From the NCBI GenBank assembly GCA_041946805.1, contig JBHGBC010000021.1, forward strand, positions 1-53,879: a stretch of 53,879 nt of DNA, read 5' to 3'. This document shows, piece by piece, positions 1-10,016 of the stretch (position 1 is its first letter; the number at the start of each line of letters is the position of its first letter). Below the pieces are notes generated by a model, which did no database searches, was not told where the DNA came from, and saw nothing but the letters and a program-made list of their open reading frames with translations. Made by a program: the position numbers and the translations under genes. The DNA is from a bacterium (GTDB taxonomy: Bacteria > Hinthialibacterota > Hinthialibacteria > Hinthialibacterales > Hinthialibacteraceae).

Positions 1-54
1 GCTGGCAGATCGCCACTTCTTTAGGCCCGTAGAAAGAATGTGTGCGGAGAGTAG

Positions 55-103
55 CCCTCGGGGAGAGGGTGAGGGTGAGGGTGAGGGAAGCCCTGAAAGG
101 GCG
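55..103. repeat. REP-like palindromic repeat (CCCTC...GGGAGAGGG/GGGTGAGGG family) with GCCCTGAAAGGGC hairpin
   Basis: ccctcggggagagggtgagggtgagggtgagggaagccctgaaagggcg; closely related copies at 33446 and 36173; here the GAGGGT unit is tandemly expanded. Confidence 0.8.
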
Positions 104-211
104 TAGTATTTACTCACCGCGCAATCGATCTACCGGCACCATGCAGGGGTTTTAGGCAAGGTTGGAATGACTCAATAGAACCGGACCAAGTCCATGAGGA
201 GAAAACCGGCC

Positions 212-3043
212 ATGATGAACCTAAAGAAAAGAAGCATTGCTCGATTTTTCCCGCATCTCCTCTTCCCGTGCGCGTGGATTCTGGCCCTGGCGCTGGGGAT
301 GCTTCTCCTTCCGCCGGCCGCCCGCGGTGTGGAAGGCCTGCGCTTTTCCGCTCCATCGGGAGAGCGGTATTGCCAGCGGAACGTGAACGGCGTCAGCATC
401 ATCCCCAACGGCCGGCTGCTCACCCCCGTGGGAACCACCCTCCTGGTGCCGCCTTATCCCTTCGGGCTGGGATTGAGTCCGAACGGGGCGGTGCTGGTCA
501 GCTGCAACTCCGGCGACGGGGGCCCCATGGGGATCTCGATCATTTCCGATCTGCAAAACAACCATCCCTATGTCCGGCAGATTCCGCCCGGCGTGAAAAC
601 CGATCCGGACATCCTCAAGGCGGTCTTCATGGGCGTGGTGATCGGGCCGGATAACCAGACGGTCTATATCTCCGGCGGCGACGTGGGGGACATATTCGTT
701 TTCGATCTCGAGTCCGGGCGGGCGACAGGCCGCATAGACCTCGACGTGGAAGTAAACGGCCATAAATATGAAGACAGTTACACGGGTGAAATGGTCATCA
801 CCCGCGACGGCGCGACGATCTACATCGTGGACCAGGCCAACTTCCGCCTCGCGCGCGTGGACACCCGGACGGGCCGGGTGGTGGAGTCCATTCCCACGGG
901 CCGGTATCCCTTTGGCGTGTGTCTGTCGCCGGACGAAAAAACCGTCTACGTCGCCAACGCCGGCATGTTCGAATATTCCGTCATTCAAGGCATCGATCCC
1001 CACGATTCCTCGACCTGGCTCGATTTCCCGCCCTTTGGCTTCGGCACGCGGGAGATGAAGGAAGGGGTGACCATCGGGAACCTCACCGTACCCGGCCTGG
1101 GAGAGATCAACACGCCGGAATCGTTCTCGGTGTGGGCGTTCGATGTGAGCCGGGCGGGTCCCGCCCAGGTCACGGCCAAGATCAAAACCGGCGTGTTGGT
1201 GGGTGAAATGGCCGAAGGCATTCCCGCCGTGGGCGGTAGCAGCCCCAACTCGCTGGCCGCCACGGCGGACAAGATTTATGTCACCAACGGCAACAACGAC
1301 AGCATTTCGGTGATCGGCGCGAAGACCTTTCAGGTGATCTCCACCATTCCCCTGCGGTTGTGCGGCGAACTCAAGCACCTGCGCGGCCATATCCCCTTCG
1401 GGCTGATTCTCAGCCCGGACGGACAGCGGCTATACGTCGCCGAGGCGGGGATCAACGCCATCGCCGTCATCGACACGCGGACCGAACAATTAATCGGCCG
1501 CATCCCCACCGCCTGGTTTCCCACGAAGGTGCGGATCAGCCCCGACGGCCGGACGCTCTACGTGGCCAACGGCAAGGGTTTCGGCGCCGGGCCGAACGGC
1601 GGACGGGATTTCCAACTCGGGCCGGGAGGAACGGGGGTGGGCGAATTGATGAAAGGCGTCATCCAGATCATCCCCATCCCGGACGATGAAGAATTGAAAA
1701 AAGGGCTGCAACGCGTGGTGGATAACACCGTGAAGATCGAGACCGTGTCCGTGGATGAAACCGCTCCGGACCGTAATCCCATTCCGCCCTTCCCGGGCGC
1801 GTATGAATCTCCCATCAAGCACGTGGTCTACATCACCAAGGAAAACCGGACCTTCGACCAGGTCTACGGCGAGTTCCCGGGGGCGAACGGCGATCCCACC
1901 CTGGCCGAACTGGGGCGGAACGTCACGGTCAGCAACGCCGGCCTCGGCCTGCGGCACGAGAAGGTCAACGTCATGCCCAATCATCAGCGCCTGGCCGAAC
2001 AGTTCGCGCTGTATGACAATTTCTATTGCGATTCCGACCATTCCAACGACGGTCACCGCTGGATGGTCGGCACGGTCCCCAACACGTGGGTTGAAACCGG
2101 GACCAAGTCGGGGGCGCGCTCCGGCCAGTTGGAAAGCACCGCCCCGGGACGCCGCCTGATGACCGGTTCGTCGGGCGCCATCTATCCCGAGGACTACAAC
2201 GAGGCCGGATCCATTTGGGAAAACATGCACCGCCATGGCGTCCGGTTCTTCAATTTCGGTTTGGGATTCGAATTTGCCTTCAACACCGAAACCCAGGAGT
2301 GGAAATACACGGGCATCCGCCTGGCAGTCAATTATCCCATGCCGGGACCGCTTTTCGACCGCACGTCGCGCCGCTTCGCCACGTACAACACCAGCGTGCC
2401 CGACCAGTTCCGCGTGGACATGTTCCTCGAGGAATACGAAAAGCGCTGGGCGGACGGGAAGGAACCATTTCCCCAGGTCCTCACCATGATGCTGCCCAAC
2501 GACCACGGCGCGGGTCCGCGGCCCGCCGCGGGTTATCCCTTCCGGGAATCGTACATGGCGGACAACGACCTGGCCCTGGGGCGGGTCATCGAGTTCTTGA
2601 GCCATACGCCGCACTGGAACACTATGGCGATTTTCATCACCGAGGATGACGCCCAGGGCGGGTTGGACCACATCGACCACCACCGCTCGCTTGTGCTGGC
2701 CATCAGCCCCTACGTGAAACGGGGGTATCTCAGCCAGCAGCACACCAGTTTCGGCAGCATCATCAAAACCCAGGAACTGATTCTCGGCCTGCCGTACCTG
2801 AACCAGTACGACGCCGCCGCCACCGATCTCTCCGACTGCTTCTATCCCATCCCCGATTACACGCCCTACCAGGCTGTTCCCGTGGATGAACGGATCTTCG
2901 ATCCACAGAAAGCGTTGGATCCCTACGACAAGGAATTCGATTGGAAAGCGGCGATGAACGATTCACCCCCCCTGGACGGCCGCGAATACACCCGCCAGGA
3001 ACGGGAGGAGGTGCGCCGTAAACTGCAAGGGGACGACGATTGA
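212..3043 (+). CDS. Secreted bifunctional YVTN/YncE beta-propeller + alkaline-phosphatase-superfamily (phosphoesterase) protein
   Basis: Signal peptide; repeated propeller motifs (SPDEKTVYVAN, IYVTN, SPDGRTLYVANGKG); C-terminal IKHVVYITKENRTFD, DNFY..SNDGH, LPNDH, EDDAQGGLDHIDHHR motifs. Start moved to ATG 212 after GAGGA. Confidence 0.85.
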   Translation: MMNLKKRSIARFFPHLLFPCAWILALALGMLLLPPAARGVEGLRFSAPSGERYCQRNVNGVSIIPNGRLLTPVGTTLLVPPYPFGLGLSPNGAVLVSCNSGDGGPMGISIISDLQNNHPYVRQIPPGVKTDPDILKAVFMGVVIGPDNQTVYISGGDVGDIFVFDLESGRATGRIDLDVEVNGHKYEDSYTGEMVITRDGATIYIVDQANFRLARVDTRTGRVVESIPTGRYPFGVCLSPDEKTVYVANAGMFEYSVIQGIDPHDSSTWLDFPPFGFGTREMKEGVTIGNLTVPGLGEINTPESFSVWAFDVSRAGPAQVTAKIKTGVLVGEMAEGIPAVGGSSPNSLAATADKIYVTNGNNDSISVIGAKTFQVISTIPLRLCGELKHLRGHIPFGLILSPDGQRLYVAEAGINAIAVIDTRTEQLIGRIPTAWFPTKVRISPDGRTLYVANGKGFGAGPNGGRDFQLGPGGTGVGELMKGVIQIIPIPDDEELKKGLQRVVDNTVKIETVSVDETAPDRNPIPPFPGAYESPIKHVVYITKENRTFDQVYGEFPGANGDPTLAELGRNVTVSNAGLGLRHEKVNVMPNHQRLAEQFALYDNFYCDSDHSNDGHRWMVGTVPNTWVETGTKSGARSGQLESTAPGRRLMTGSSGAIYPEDYNEAGSIWENMHRHGVRFFNFGLGFEFAFNTETQEWKYTGIRLAVNYPMPGPLFDRTSRRFATYNTSVPDQFRVDMFLEEYEKRWADGKEPFPQVLTMMLPNDHGAGPRPAAGYPFRESYMADNDLALGRVIEFLSHTPHWNTMAIFITEDDAQGGLDHIDHHRSLVLAISPYVKRGYLSQQHTSFGSIIKTQELILGLPYLNQYDAAATDLSDCFYPIPDYTPYQAVPVDERIFDPQKALDPYDKEFDWKAAMNDSPPLDGREYTRQEREEVRRKLQGDDD

Positions 3044-3084
3044 GCGGCGGGCGGGACCGGTCCGTGCCGAAGCCGGAAACAACG

Positions 3085-3113
3085 AAAGGGCGGCTGAACC
3101 AGCCGCCCTTTTT
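3085..3113. terminator. Probable bidirectional intrinsic terminator
   Basis: AAAGGGCGGCT-GAACC-AGCCGCCCTTTTT hairpin between convergent genes. Confidence 0.75.
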
Positions 3114-3134
3114 CAGCAATGGATGTGTGATCTC

Positions 3135-4373
3135 TTATTCGAAACGCTTGGCTATCAAAACAGCGTTATGACCGCCGAATCCAAACGAGTTCGACATGGC
3201 GATCCGAACGGCTTGTTCCCGCGCCTGGTTGGGCACGTAATCCAGGTCGCACTCGGGATCGGGAGTCTCGTAGTTGATGGTGGGGGGAAGGATGCCTTCC
3301 CGCAAGGCCATGAGGCACGCGATCAGTTCCACGGCTCCGGCGGCGCCCAACAGGTGCCCCGTCATGGATTTGGTGGAGCTGACGGCCAGACGGGCCGCGT
3401 GCGAATTGAAAAGCGCCTTGATCGCGGCGGTCTCGAACTTGTCGTTGTAAAGCGTGGAAGTGCCGTGGGCATTGATGTAATCCACGTCCTCGACCGACAG
3501 CCCGGCGTCTTGCAGGGCGTGGCTCATGGCCATTCGCGCACCGGTGCCGTCCGGTTCCGGCATGGTGACATGATACGCGTCCGCCGACATGCCGTAACCG
3601 ATCAGCTCTCCGTAAATGCGCGCTCCCCGCTTTTTTGCGTGTTCCAACTCTTCCAGCAGCAGGACGCCCGCTCCCTCGCCCATCACGAATCCATCCCGGT
3701 GTAAATCAAAGGGCCGGCTGGCTTTTTCCGGTTCGTCGTTCCGGGTGGACAGCGCCCGGATGGAACAGAATCCGCCGTAGCCGAGTGGAGTGATGGCCGC
3801 CTCCGCCCCGCCCGCGATCATCACGTCGGCGTCGCCGCGCTGGATGAGCCGCATCGCGTCGCCGATGGAATGCGCGCCGGTGGCGCAGGCCGTGACCACG
3901 CTGGTGTTGGGTCCACGCAATCCGTAGCGGATCGAAACCATTCCCGACGCCATGTTGATGATCAGCATGGGAATCAGGTAGGGGCTGATCCGGCGGGGTC
4001 CCTTCTGGTCCAGGACTTCCTTCTGGTTTTCAATGGTTTGCAGTCCGCCGATGCCCGAGCCGACGATGACTCCAGTCCGGTTCCGGTCCACGGTTTCCAT
4101 GTCCAGGCCGGAATCGGCGACACACATGACCGCCGCCGCCACTGCGTATTGCACGAACAAGTCGGTGCGGGTGACTTCCTTGGCGCTGATATACGGTTCC
4201 GGATTGAATCCCTTCACCTCGGCGGCGATCTTGGACGAATAATGGGTGGTGTCGAACCGCGTCAACCGGCCCGTTCCGGACCGGCCGCGCAGCAACGCTT
4301 CCCAGAATTCTTCCAAGGTGTTGCCGATGGGAGTCAGCGCTCCCATCCCCGTAACGACGACACGACGACTCAT
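3135..4373 (-). CDS. fabF: Beta-ketoacyl-ACP synthase II
   Basis: [11 protein letters not shown] start, TACATG catalytic Cys, [29 protein letters not shown]; true start 4373. Confidence 0.97.
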   Translation of the reverse strand: MSRRVVVTGMGALTPIGNTLEEFWEALLRGRSGTGRLTRFDTTHYSSKIAAEVKGFNPEPYISAKEVTRTDLFVQYAVAAAVMCVADSGLDMETVDRNRTGVIVGSGIGGLQTIENQKEVLDQKGPRRISPYLIPMLIINMASGMVSIRYGLRGPNTSVVTACATGAHSIGDAMRLIQRGDADVMIAGGAEAAITPLGYGGFCSIRALSTRNDEPEKASRPFDLHRDGFVMGEGAGVLLLEELEHAKKRGARIYGELIGYGMSADAYHVTMPEPDGTGARMAMSHALQDAGLSVEDVDYINAHGTSTLYNDKFETAAIKALFNSHAARLAVSSTKSMTGHLLGAAGAVELIACLMALREGILPPTINYETPDPECDLDYVPNQAREQAVRIAMSNSFGFGGHNAVLIAKRFE

Positions 4374-4395
4374 GCGGTTGTCTCCTGGTCCCCGG

Positions 4396-4641
4396 TCACG
4401 CGACGACTTTGGACTTGATATACTCGATCGCGTCGCCGACCGTTTTGATTTTCTCGGCCTCTTCCTCGGGGATCTCGTCGATGCCGAATCCTTCCTCGAA
4501 TTCCATGACCAGCTCGACGGTATCCAGGGAATCGGCGCCCAAATCCCGGGTGAAGGACTTTTCGGGCGTGATCTCATCCTTGTCCACTTTCAACTTCTCC
4601 GCGATGATCTGTTTGACTTTCTCCTCAATGTTCTCGCTCAC
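4396..4641 (-). CDS. acpP: Acyl carrier protein
   Basis: 81 aa, [14 protein letters not shown] phosphopantetheine motif; GTG start with AAGGAGGT RBS. Confidence 0.96.
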   Translation of the reverse strand: MSENIEEKVKQIIAEKLKVDKDEITPEKSFTRDLGADSLDTVELVMEFEEGFGIDEIPEEEAEKIKTVGDAIEYIKSKVVA

Positions 4642-4712
4642 GAACGCATACCTCCTTCTCGGTATAGAATAAGGTGCCTGCTGCTTTCCGCTTCCGGGCA
4701 GGCAGGGTGTAC

Positions 4713-5459
4713 TCACATGACTAAGCCCCCGTCCACCGGGATCACCTGGCCGGTGATGTAGGCGGCTTCCTCGGAGGCCAGAAATCCAACGGCATACGCC
4801 ACTTCCTCGGGCTTGCCGTACCGCTTCAGGGGAATCGTCTTCAGCAGGGTCTCCCGGGTTTCCTCGCTCAACACCTCGGTCATCCGGGTCTCGATGAATC
4901 CGGGGGCCACGGCGTTGACAGTAACCCCCCGCGAGGCCAGTTCCTTGGCCAGGGACTTGGTCATGCCGATCACCCCGGCCTTGCTCGCCGCGTAGTTCGC
5001 CTGGCCGGCGTTGCCCATGAGACCCACGACCGAGGCGATATTGACGATCCGTCCAGACCGGGCGCGCATCATGATCTTGGCTGCCGCCTGGGCCATGTAA
5101 AACGAGCCGCTCAAATTCACCCGCAGGACCGCTTCCCAATCCGCGGCTTTCATCCGGACCGCCAGGGCGTCGCGGGTAATGCCAGCATTATTGACTAAAA
5201 TATCCAACTTTTCAAACTGGCTCACGCAGGCGTCCACCGATTTCTGCGCCTGGACTGGATCGGCGATGTCGGCCGCGTGGATCGCGGTTTCCACCCCCCG
5301 TCCCCGCAAGACGCCCGCCGCACGTTCCAAACCGTTCTCGTCCACGTCCACCAGGAACAATTTCGCGCCCTGTTTGCCGATAAATTCCGCCGTGGAGAAT
5401 CCAATCCCGCGGGATCCCCCCGTGATCAACGCGATTTTACCGTTCAATGCCAAGGTCAT
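4713..5459 (-). CDS. fabG: 3-oxoacyl-ACP reductase
   Basis: [21 protein letters not shown]; fab cluster context. Confidence 0.96.
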   Translation of the reverse strand: MTLALNGKIALITGGSRGIGFSTAEFIGKQGAKLFLVDVDENGLERAAGVLRGRGVETAIHAADIADPVQAQKSVDACVSQFEKLDILVNNAGITRDALAVRMKAADWEAVLRVNLSGSFYMAQAAAKIMMRARSGRIVNIASVVGLMGNAGQANYAASKAGVIGMTKSLAKELASRGVTVNAVAPGFIETRMTEVLSEETRETLLKTIPLKRYGKPEEVAYAVGFLASEEAAYITGQVIPVDGGLVM

Positions 5460-5491
5460 GGTTCTCCTCTTTCCCTCCACATCCCGCCAGT

Positions 5492-6427
5492 TCAAACCCA
5501 GGCGGGCGCCGCTTGCGCGATCGTCTCTTTCAGGGTTTCCACCGTCCCCGCGTTGAAGCAGGGGAATTCCTCATGGCACGCTTTCGCCAGGCCTTTCAGG
5601 ACCTTGCCGGGGCCGGCTTCGATGGCCGCCTCGCAATGCGCGGCGATCCAGTCCATGGTCTGGGTCCAATAGACCGGGGAGCAGAATTGTCCCACGAGAT
5701 GCTCCCGGATCGTCTCCGGTTCAGAGACCGGTTCCGCGGTGCGGTTGGATATCCAGGGAAGGCGCGGCGGGTGGATTTCGATGTCCTGCATGAACTCCGC
5801 GAACTGCTTCCGGGCGTTTTCCATCAGGGGGGAATGGAATGCGCCGCTGACGTTCAGGGGAATCACCCGGCGCGCCCCGTGTTCCTTCAGCATCTCCGAA
5901 AACGCCCGGACCGCCTCCGCCTCGCCCGTGATCACCGTCTGTTTGGGGGAATTGTAATTGGCCACCCGGACCAGTCCCTGCGTCCAGGATTCGCACAGTT
6001 CGGTGATGCGGCCGGGACTCAATCCCGGAACCGCCGCCATCGCCCCGGCCCCCGGGACCTTGTGCATCAGCCGCGCCCGGACCGCGATGACTTGCAATCC
6101 CGATTCGAACGGCCAGGCGCCCGCCGCCGTCAACGCCGCGAACTCGCCCGCGCTATGGCCGGCCGTGGCGCGCGGTTCGATGCCCCCCGCCCGCAGGGCT
6201 TCCGCGATGACACAACTCAGGGTGTACAATGCCGGCTGGGTATGGAGGGTGAGGTTCAGGTCCGGGCTGCGTTCCGGCCGGGACAGATCGAGAAGGGATT
6301 CGCCCAGCACCTCTTCCGCCTGCCGGTAGCGCTCGCGCGCCGCGGCCGAAGCCTCCACGAAATCCAGACCCATGCCCTCGTGCTGCGATCCCTGACCGGG
6401 AAACAAAAACGCAATTTTTTTGGTCAT
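5492..6427 (-). CDS. fabD: Malonyl-CoA:ACP transacylase
   Basis: FPGQGSQ, TQPAL, GHSAGE, VSGAFHS. Confidence 0.96.
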   Translation of the reverse strand: MTKKIAFLFPGQGSQHEGMGLDFVEASAAARERYRQAEEVLGESLLDLSRPERSPDLNLTLHTQPALYTLSCVIAEALRAGGIEPRATAGHSAGEFAALTAAGAWPFESGLQVIAVRARLMHKVPGAGAMAAVPGLSPGRITELCESWTQGLVRVANYNSPKQTVITGEAEAVRAFSEMLKEHGARRVIPLNVSGAFHSPLMENARKQFAEFMQDIEIHPPRLPWISNRTAEPVSEPETIREHLVGQFCSPVYWTQTMDWIAAHCEAAIEAGPGKVLKGLAKACHEEFPCFNAGTVETLKETIAQAAPAWV

Positions 6428-6603
6428 GAGCGTGATGATCTTCCTTCGATTCGTGATCCGGCGTTTTCACCCGGCCCCTTCCCAAGTCCGCCAATCCCTG
6501 AAGGGACAAACCTGGCATTCCGTCGGCACGAATCCCGGATCTCTCTGCATTCCGGTTGGCATTCCATGGGTATGGCGGCTTGAAAGCGGTTGTCGATTCC
6601 TGA

Positions 6604-7581
6604 TTAAAATTGGACCAGGCTCGCGCCCCATGTCAAGCCGCCCCCGAAAGACACGAAGAGGGCGAGTCCGCCTTCGCGCAGCCGGCCCTGTTGCAGGGCT
6701 TCGTGCAAGGCGATGGGGATCGTGGCGGCGGAGGTGTTAGCGTATTTTTCGATATTGATGAACACGCGGTCCCTCGGCACTTCCAGCCGCTGCGCCACCG
6801 CTTCCAGGATCCGGTTGTTGGCCTGGTGGGGAATGATCAGGTGGACATCCGCGATGGATTTGCCGCACCGCTTCAGCACCTGGTGGCAACTGGACACCAT
6901 TTCCCGCACGGCGAACTTGTAGATCTCGCGGCCGTTCATGTAGAGGTAGTGCTTTTTGTTGTCGATGGCTTCGTGACTGATGGGAATGCGAGTTCCCCCG
7001 CAGGGCTGATACAACAGCTCGGCGGCGGATCCGTCCGAGCCCAGCACGGTGTCCAGCACGCCGCCTTCCTCCCGGGGCTGGATCACGGTCGCGCCGGCCC
7101 CGTCTCCGAACAGGACGCAGGTGTTCCGGTCGGTCCAATCCACTACCTTGGTGAGCATGTCCACACCCACCAACAGGATATTCCGGTAGCGTCCGGATTC
7201 GATGTACGCCTGGGCCACGGAAAGACCGTAGAGATAACCGGTGCAAGCCGCGGACAAGTCGAAGGCCATCGCGTTCGCGGCGCCCAGCTTGTGCTGCAAC
7301 ACGCAGGCAGTGGCGGGAAAGACATAATCCCCGGAGATGGTCGCCACCAGAATCGCGTCCAGGTCCCGCGGCGTGATGCCAGCCGCGTGCAGGGCGTCCC
7401 GCGACGCCCCGAGGGCCAGATCCGAGGCCGCGGTGTTTTCATCCGACACATGCCGTTCGGCCATTCCGGTTCGTTCCCGGATCCAGGCGTCGGACGTATC
7501 CACCATCTTTTCCAGGTCGAAATTGGTCACAACGCGGTCCGGGACAGCCATGCCGGTGGAGACAATGTAAGCACGAACCAC
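6604..7581 (-). CDS. fabH: Beta-ketoacyl-ACP synthase III
   Basis: DTSDAWIRERTG, AACTG, FGDGAGA, PHQAN, NTSAA, FGGGLTWG; GTG start after GAGGT. Confidence 0.96.
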   Translation of the reverse strand: MVRAYIVSTGMAVPDRVVTNFDLEKMVDTSDAWIRERTGMAERHVSDENTAASDLALGASRDALHAAGITPRDLDAILVATISGDYVFPATACVLQHKLGAANAMAFDLSAACTGYLYGLSVAQAYIESGRYRNILLVGVDMLTKVVDWTDRNTCVLFGDGAGATVIQPREEGGVLDTVLGSDGSAAELLYQPCGGTRIPISHEAIDNKKHYLYMNGREIYKFAVREMVSSCHQVLKRCGKSIADVHLIIPHQANNRILEAVAQRLEVPRDRVFINIEKYANTSAATIPIALHEALQQGRLREGGLALFVSFGGGLTWGASLVQF

Positions 7582-7601
7582 CAAAATACCTCGTGAATGA
7601 T

Positions 7602-8591
7602 TTAGACAAGCACGCCGCTGGCTTCGATCGCCTGCCGGATGGCGTCCAGAGGGCATTTCGCCGCGGCGGTCTGGGCGGCCCGGATACCGTTGGCGATGGC
7701 TTGCGGGCCAGAACGGCCATGTCCGATCAGGCAATGCCCGTTCACGCCCAGCAGCAACGCGCCGCCATAGGCGGTATAGTCTACCCGCTTCATTGTTTCA
7801 CGGAAGAACTGGATGCGGTGGGCGGAATCGAAATCCGCCCCCAGAACGTGGTCGGTCTCCAGCTTCAGGGCGCGGGAGAACATTTCCACCAATCCCTCTC
7901 CGAACTTGAGGATCACGTTCCCGACGAATCCGTCGCACACAATAACATCCGCCGATCCCCGCATGATATCGACGCCTTCGACGTTGCCGATGAAATGGAT
8001 CGGCGCCTTTTCCAGCAGCTTCCAGGTTTCGAGCGTCTGTTCGTTGCCTTTGCTTTTTTCCTCGCCGATGGATAGGAGCCCCACTTTGGGATTGTGGACA
8101 TTGAAGGCCAAGCGGCTGTAAACCGAGCCCATGATCGCGAAATTCAGCAAGTGGATCGGCCGGCAATCGACTGTCGCCCCCACGTCCAGGAGCAGGGTGT
8201 AGCCCTCCAGGGTGGGCATGGGAGCGACTATGGCCGGTTTGGTGATGTGAGGCATCCGCCCCAGGGTGAACAGTGCGAAAGCGACGGCCGCCCCTGAATT
8301 GCCCATGGAGAGCAGCGCGTCCGCCTTTTTTTCCCTCACCAGGGAAGTGGCCACGGCGATGGAGGAGTCGCGCAAGTACTTGACCGCGCTGGACGGAGAT
8401 TCATTCATCCCGACGACACTGGGAGCGTCCACCAGCTGGACGGGAAGATCCGCGCAGGATTCCTCCAGTTTTTCCCGCTGGCCGACGAGCAGGATTTCCG
8501 CGTCCGATTTGTCGGACAGAAAGAGGCGGACTCCCGCGATGACATCGTTCGGAGCACGATCGCCACCCATGGCGTCAATCGCTATCCTCAT
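7602..8591 (-). CDS. plsX: Phosphate acyltransferase PlsX
   Basis: IAIDAMGGDRAP, LLDVGA, IGEEKSKG, DGFVGN, GGALLLGV, HGRS. Confidence 0.96.
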   Translation of the reverse strand: MRIAIDAMGGDRAPNDVIAGVRLFLSDKSDAEILLVGQREKLEESCADLPVQLVDAPSVVGMNESPSSAVKYLRDSSIAVATSLVREKKADALLSMGNSGAAVAFALFTLGRMPHITKPAIVAPMPTLEGYTLLLDVGATVDCRPIHLLNFAIMGSVYSRLAFNVHNPKVGLLSIGEEKSKGNEQTLETWKLLEKAPIHFIGNVEGVDIMRGSADVIVCDGFVGNVILKFGEGLVEMFSRALKLETDHVLGADFDSAHRIQFFRETMKRVDYTAYGGALLLGVNGHCLIGHGRSGPQAIANGIRAAQTAAAKCPLDAIRQAIEASGVLV

Positions 8592-8613
8592 GGCTTTGGT
8601 ATCCTTCCCGGGA

Positions 8614-8784
8614 CTAGGCTACGACGGTCGAACGTTTGTAAAAACCGCAGTTCGGGCAGACCCGGTGGGGCATTTTCATTTGCCGGCAATTCGGACATTC
8701 CGACAAGGAACTGGTTTTCACCGCATGATGCGAACGCCCCATGCGGGTTTTGGATCGGGATTTTCGGTGTTTGGGATGCGCCAT
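8614..8784 (-). CDS. rpmF: 50S ribosomal protein L32 (Zn-binding form)
   Basis: MAHPKHRKSRS...CPNC...PHRVCPNCGFY, 56 aa, upstream of plsX. Confidence 0.95.
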   Translation of the reverse strand: MAHPKHRKSRSKTRMGRSHHAVKTSSLSECPNCRQMKMPHRVCPNCGFYKRSTVVA

Positions 8785-8855
8785 GATTTCCTCTCTTCCA
8801 GCGAAATAGGTCCCCGCCGGTGGGGTAGCTTCCCGGCTCCGCCGCAACGTGGTTC

Positions 8856-9374
8856 TTACCGGACGGCCGGCAGGGATTGAATTTTTTCCATCAGACGGCG
8901 TTGAACATACTCGGGCACGAAGGAACTGACGTCCCCTCCGTGCCGGGCGACTTCCTTGACCAGCGTGGCGCGCAGGAACACATGCTCCTGGCTGGGCGCG
9001 AGAAACACGGTTTCGATGTCGGACGCCATGCGCCGGTTGGTCAAGGCCAGTTCGAATTCATACTCGAAATCCGACAAGGCGCGAAGCCCGCGCAGGATGA
9101 CGTGCGCGTTCTTTTGGCGGACGTAATCGATGAGCAGGATTTCAAACGATTCCAACTGCAGCTTGGAATTCGTTTTCCGCACATCCAATTCCTGGACCGC
9201 CCCGCGCACCATGTCCATTCGTTCTTCCAAGGTGAAAAAAGTGCTTTTGCTGGGCCGGGCCACCACCGCCACGATCAATTGGTCAAACAGGCGCAAGCCG
9301 CGTTCAATGATGTCCAAATGGCCGTTGGTCACCGGATCGAACGTCCCAGGATATACCGCAATCGTCCAGGCCAT
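8856..9374 (-). CDS. coaD: Pantetheine-phosphate adenylyltransferase
   Basis: YPGTFDPVTNGHLDI, RGLRALSDFEYE. Confidence 0.97.
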   Translation of the reverse strand: MAWTIAVYPGTFDPVTNGHLDIIERGLRLFDQLIVAVVARPSKSTFFTLEERMDMVRGAVQELDVRKTNSKLQLESFEILLIDYVRQKNAHVILRGLRALSDFEYEFELALTNRRMASDIETVFLAPSQEHVFLRATLVKEVARHGGDVSSFVPEYVQRRLMEKIQSLPAVR

Positions 9375-9410
9375 GAAGTTTTGTCCTACGGCAAACGAAG
9401 CGCCACGGGA

Positions 9411-9950
9411 TCACGAAAAGAAGTACAACGACGTCCGGCCGTATTTTCTCTGATCGAGTAGGCGAAGACTCCCGGATCGGAAAACCGGAGGGAAATCGGC
9501 CGGACGTTGAACGGCTATCAAGGTTCCGGGGACGAGCAGGCCTCGCGCGGCCAGGATATCCAAGAAATTATCCCTGACCTTGAGGGGCGGATCAAGGAAC
9601 ACGATGTCCCATTGGGCCCATTCGCTGGGATTTTCTCCGATTTGGAAGACATCGTTCACCCAGACGCGCGCCCGGCCGCTATCGATTTCATGATGGGCCA
9701 GCGTTTGTTTCACCCGTTCGGCGATGGAACGCTTCTTCTCCACGAAGGTCACGCGCCGCGCGCCCCGGCTCAGCGCTTCCAGCCCCACGCATCCGCTGCC
9801 GCAGAACAAATCCGCGAAACGGCTGTCCACGATCTCTTCTCCCAGGATGTTGAACAGGGCCTCGCGTATCATTTCCGAAGTCGTCACCAAGCCCCGTTCC
9901 GGAGGCTTGAAGATGACCCGGTTTTTCAATTCCCCGGCGATGATGCGCAT
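9411..9950 (-). CDS. rsmD: RsmD-family 16S rRNA (m2G966) methyltransferase
   Basis: MRIIAG, REALFNIL, DLFCGSG, LEALSRGA, FLDPP, KYGRT; adjacent to coaD. Confidence 0.88.
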   Translation of the reverse strand: MRIIAGELKNRVIFKPPERGLVTTSEMIREALFNILGEEIVDSRFADLFCGSGCVGLEALSRGARRVTFVEKKRSIAERVKQTLAHHEIDSGRARVWVNDVFQIGENPSEWAQWDIVFLDPPLKVRDNFLDILAARGLLVPGTLIAVQRPADFPPVFRSGSLRLLDQRKYGRTSLYFFS

Positions 9951-10016
9951 GAAAACCCTTCCTGGACGCCCGCCTTTCACGGCCCCCGGTAAGGGTAGTT
10001 GCGGAAAGCCTTTTGA

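Noticed and set aside
221..2743. Long antisense ORFs 221-1390 and 1490-2743 (and similar ones at 12531-13814, 14562-15953, 17244-18719, 21118-22245, 30363-31631, 40512-41666, 50752-51930, 52765-53739)
   Set aside because: Shadow ORFs opposite well-supported genes, expected from GC-rich codon bias; no recognisable motifs.
4374..5139. N-terminal extensions of the fabF ORF (to 4577) and the acpP ORF (to 5139)
   Set aside because: They overlap acpP and fabG in other frames; true starts are at 4373 and 4641, each with an RBS.
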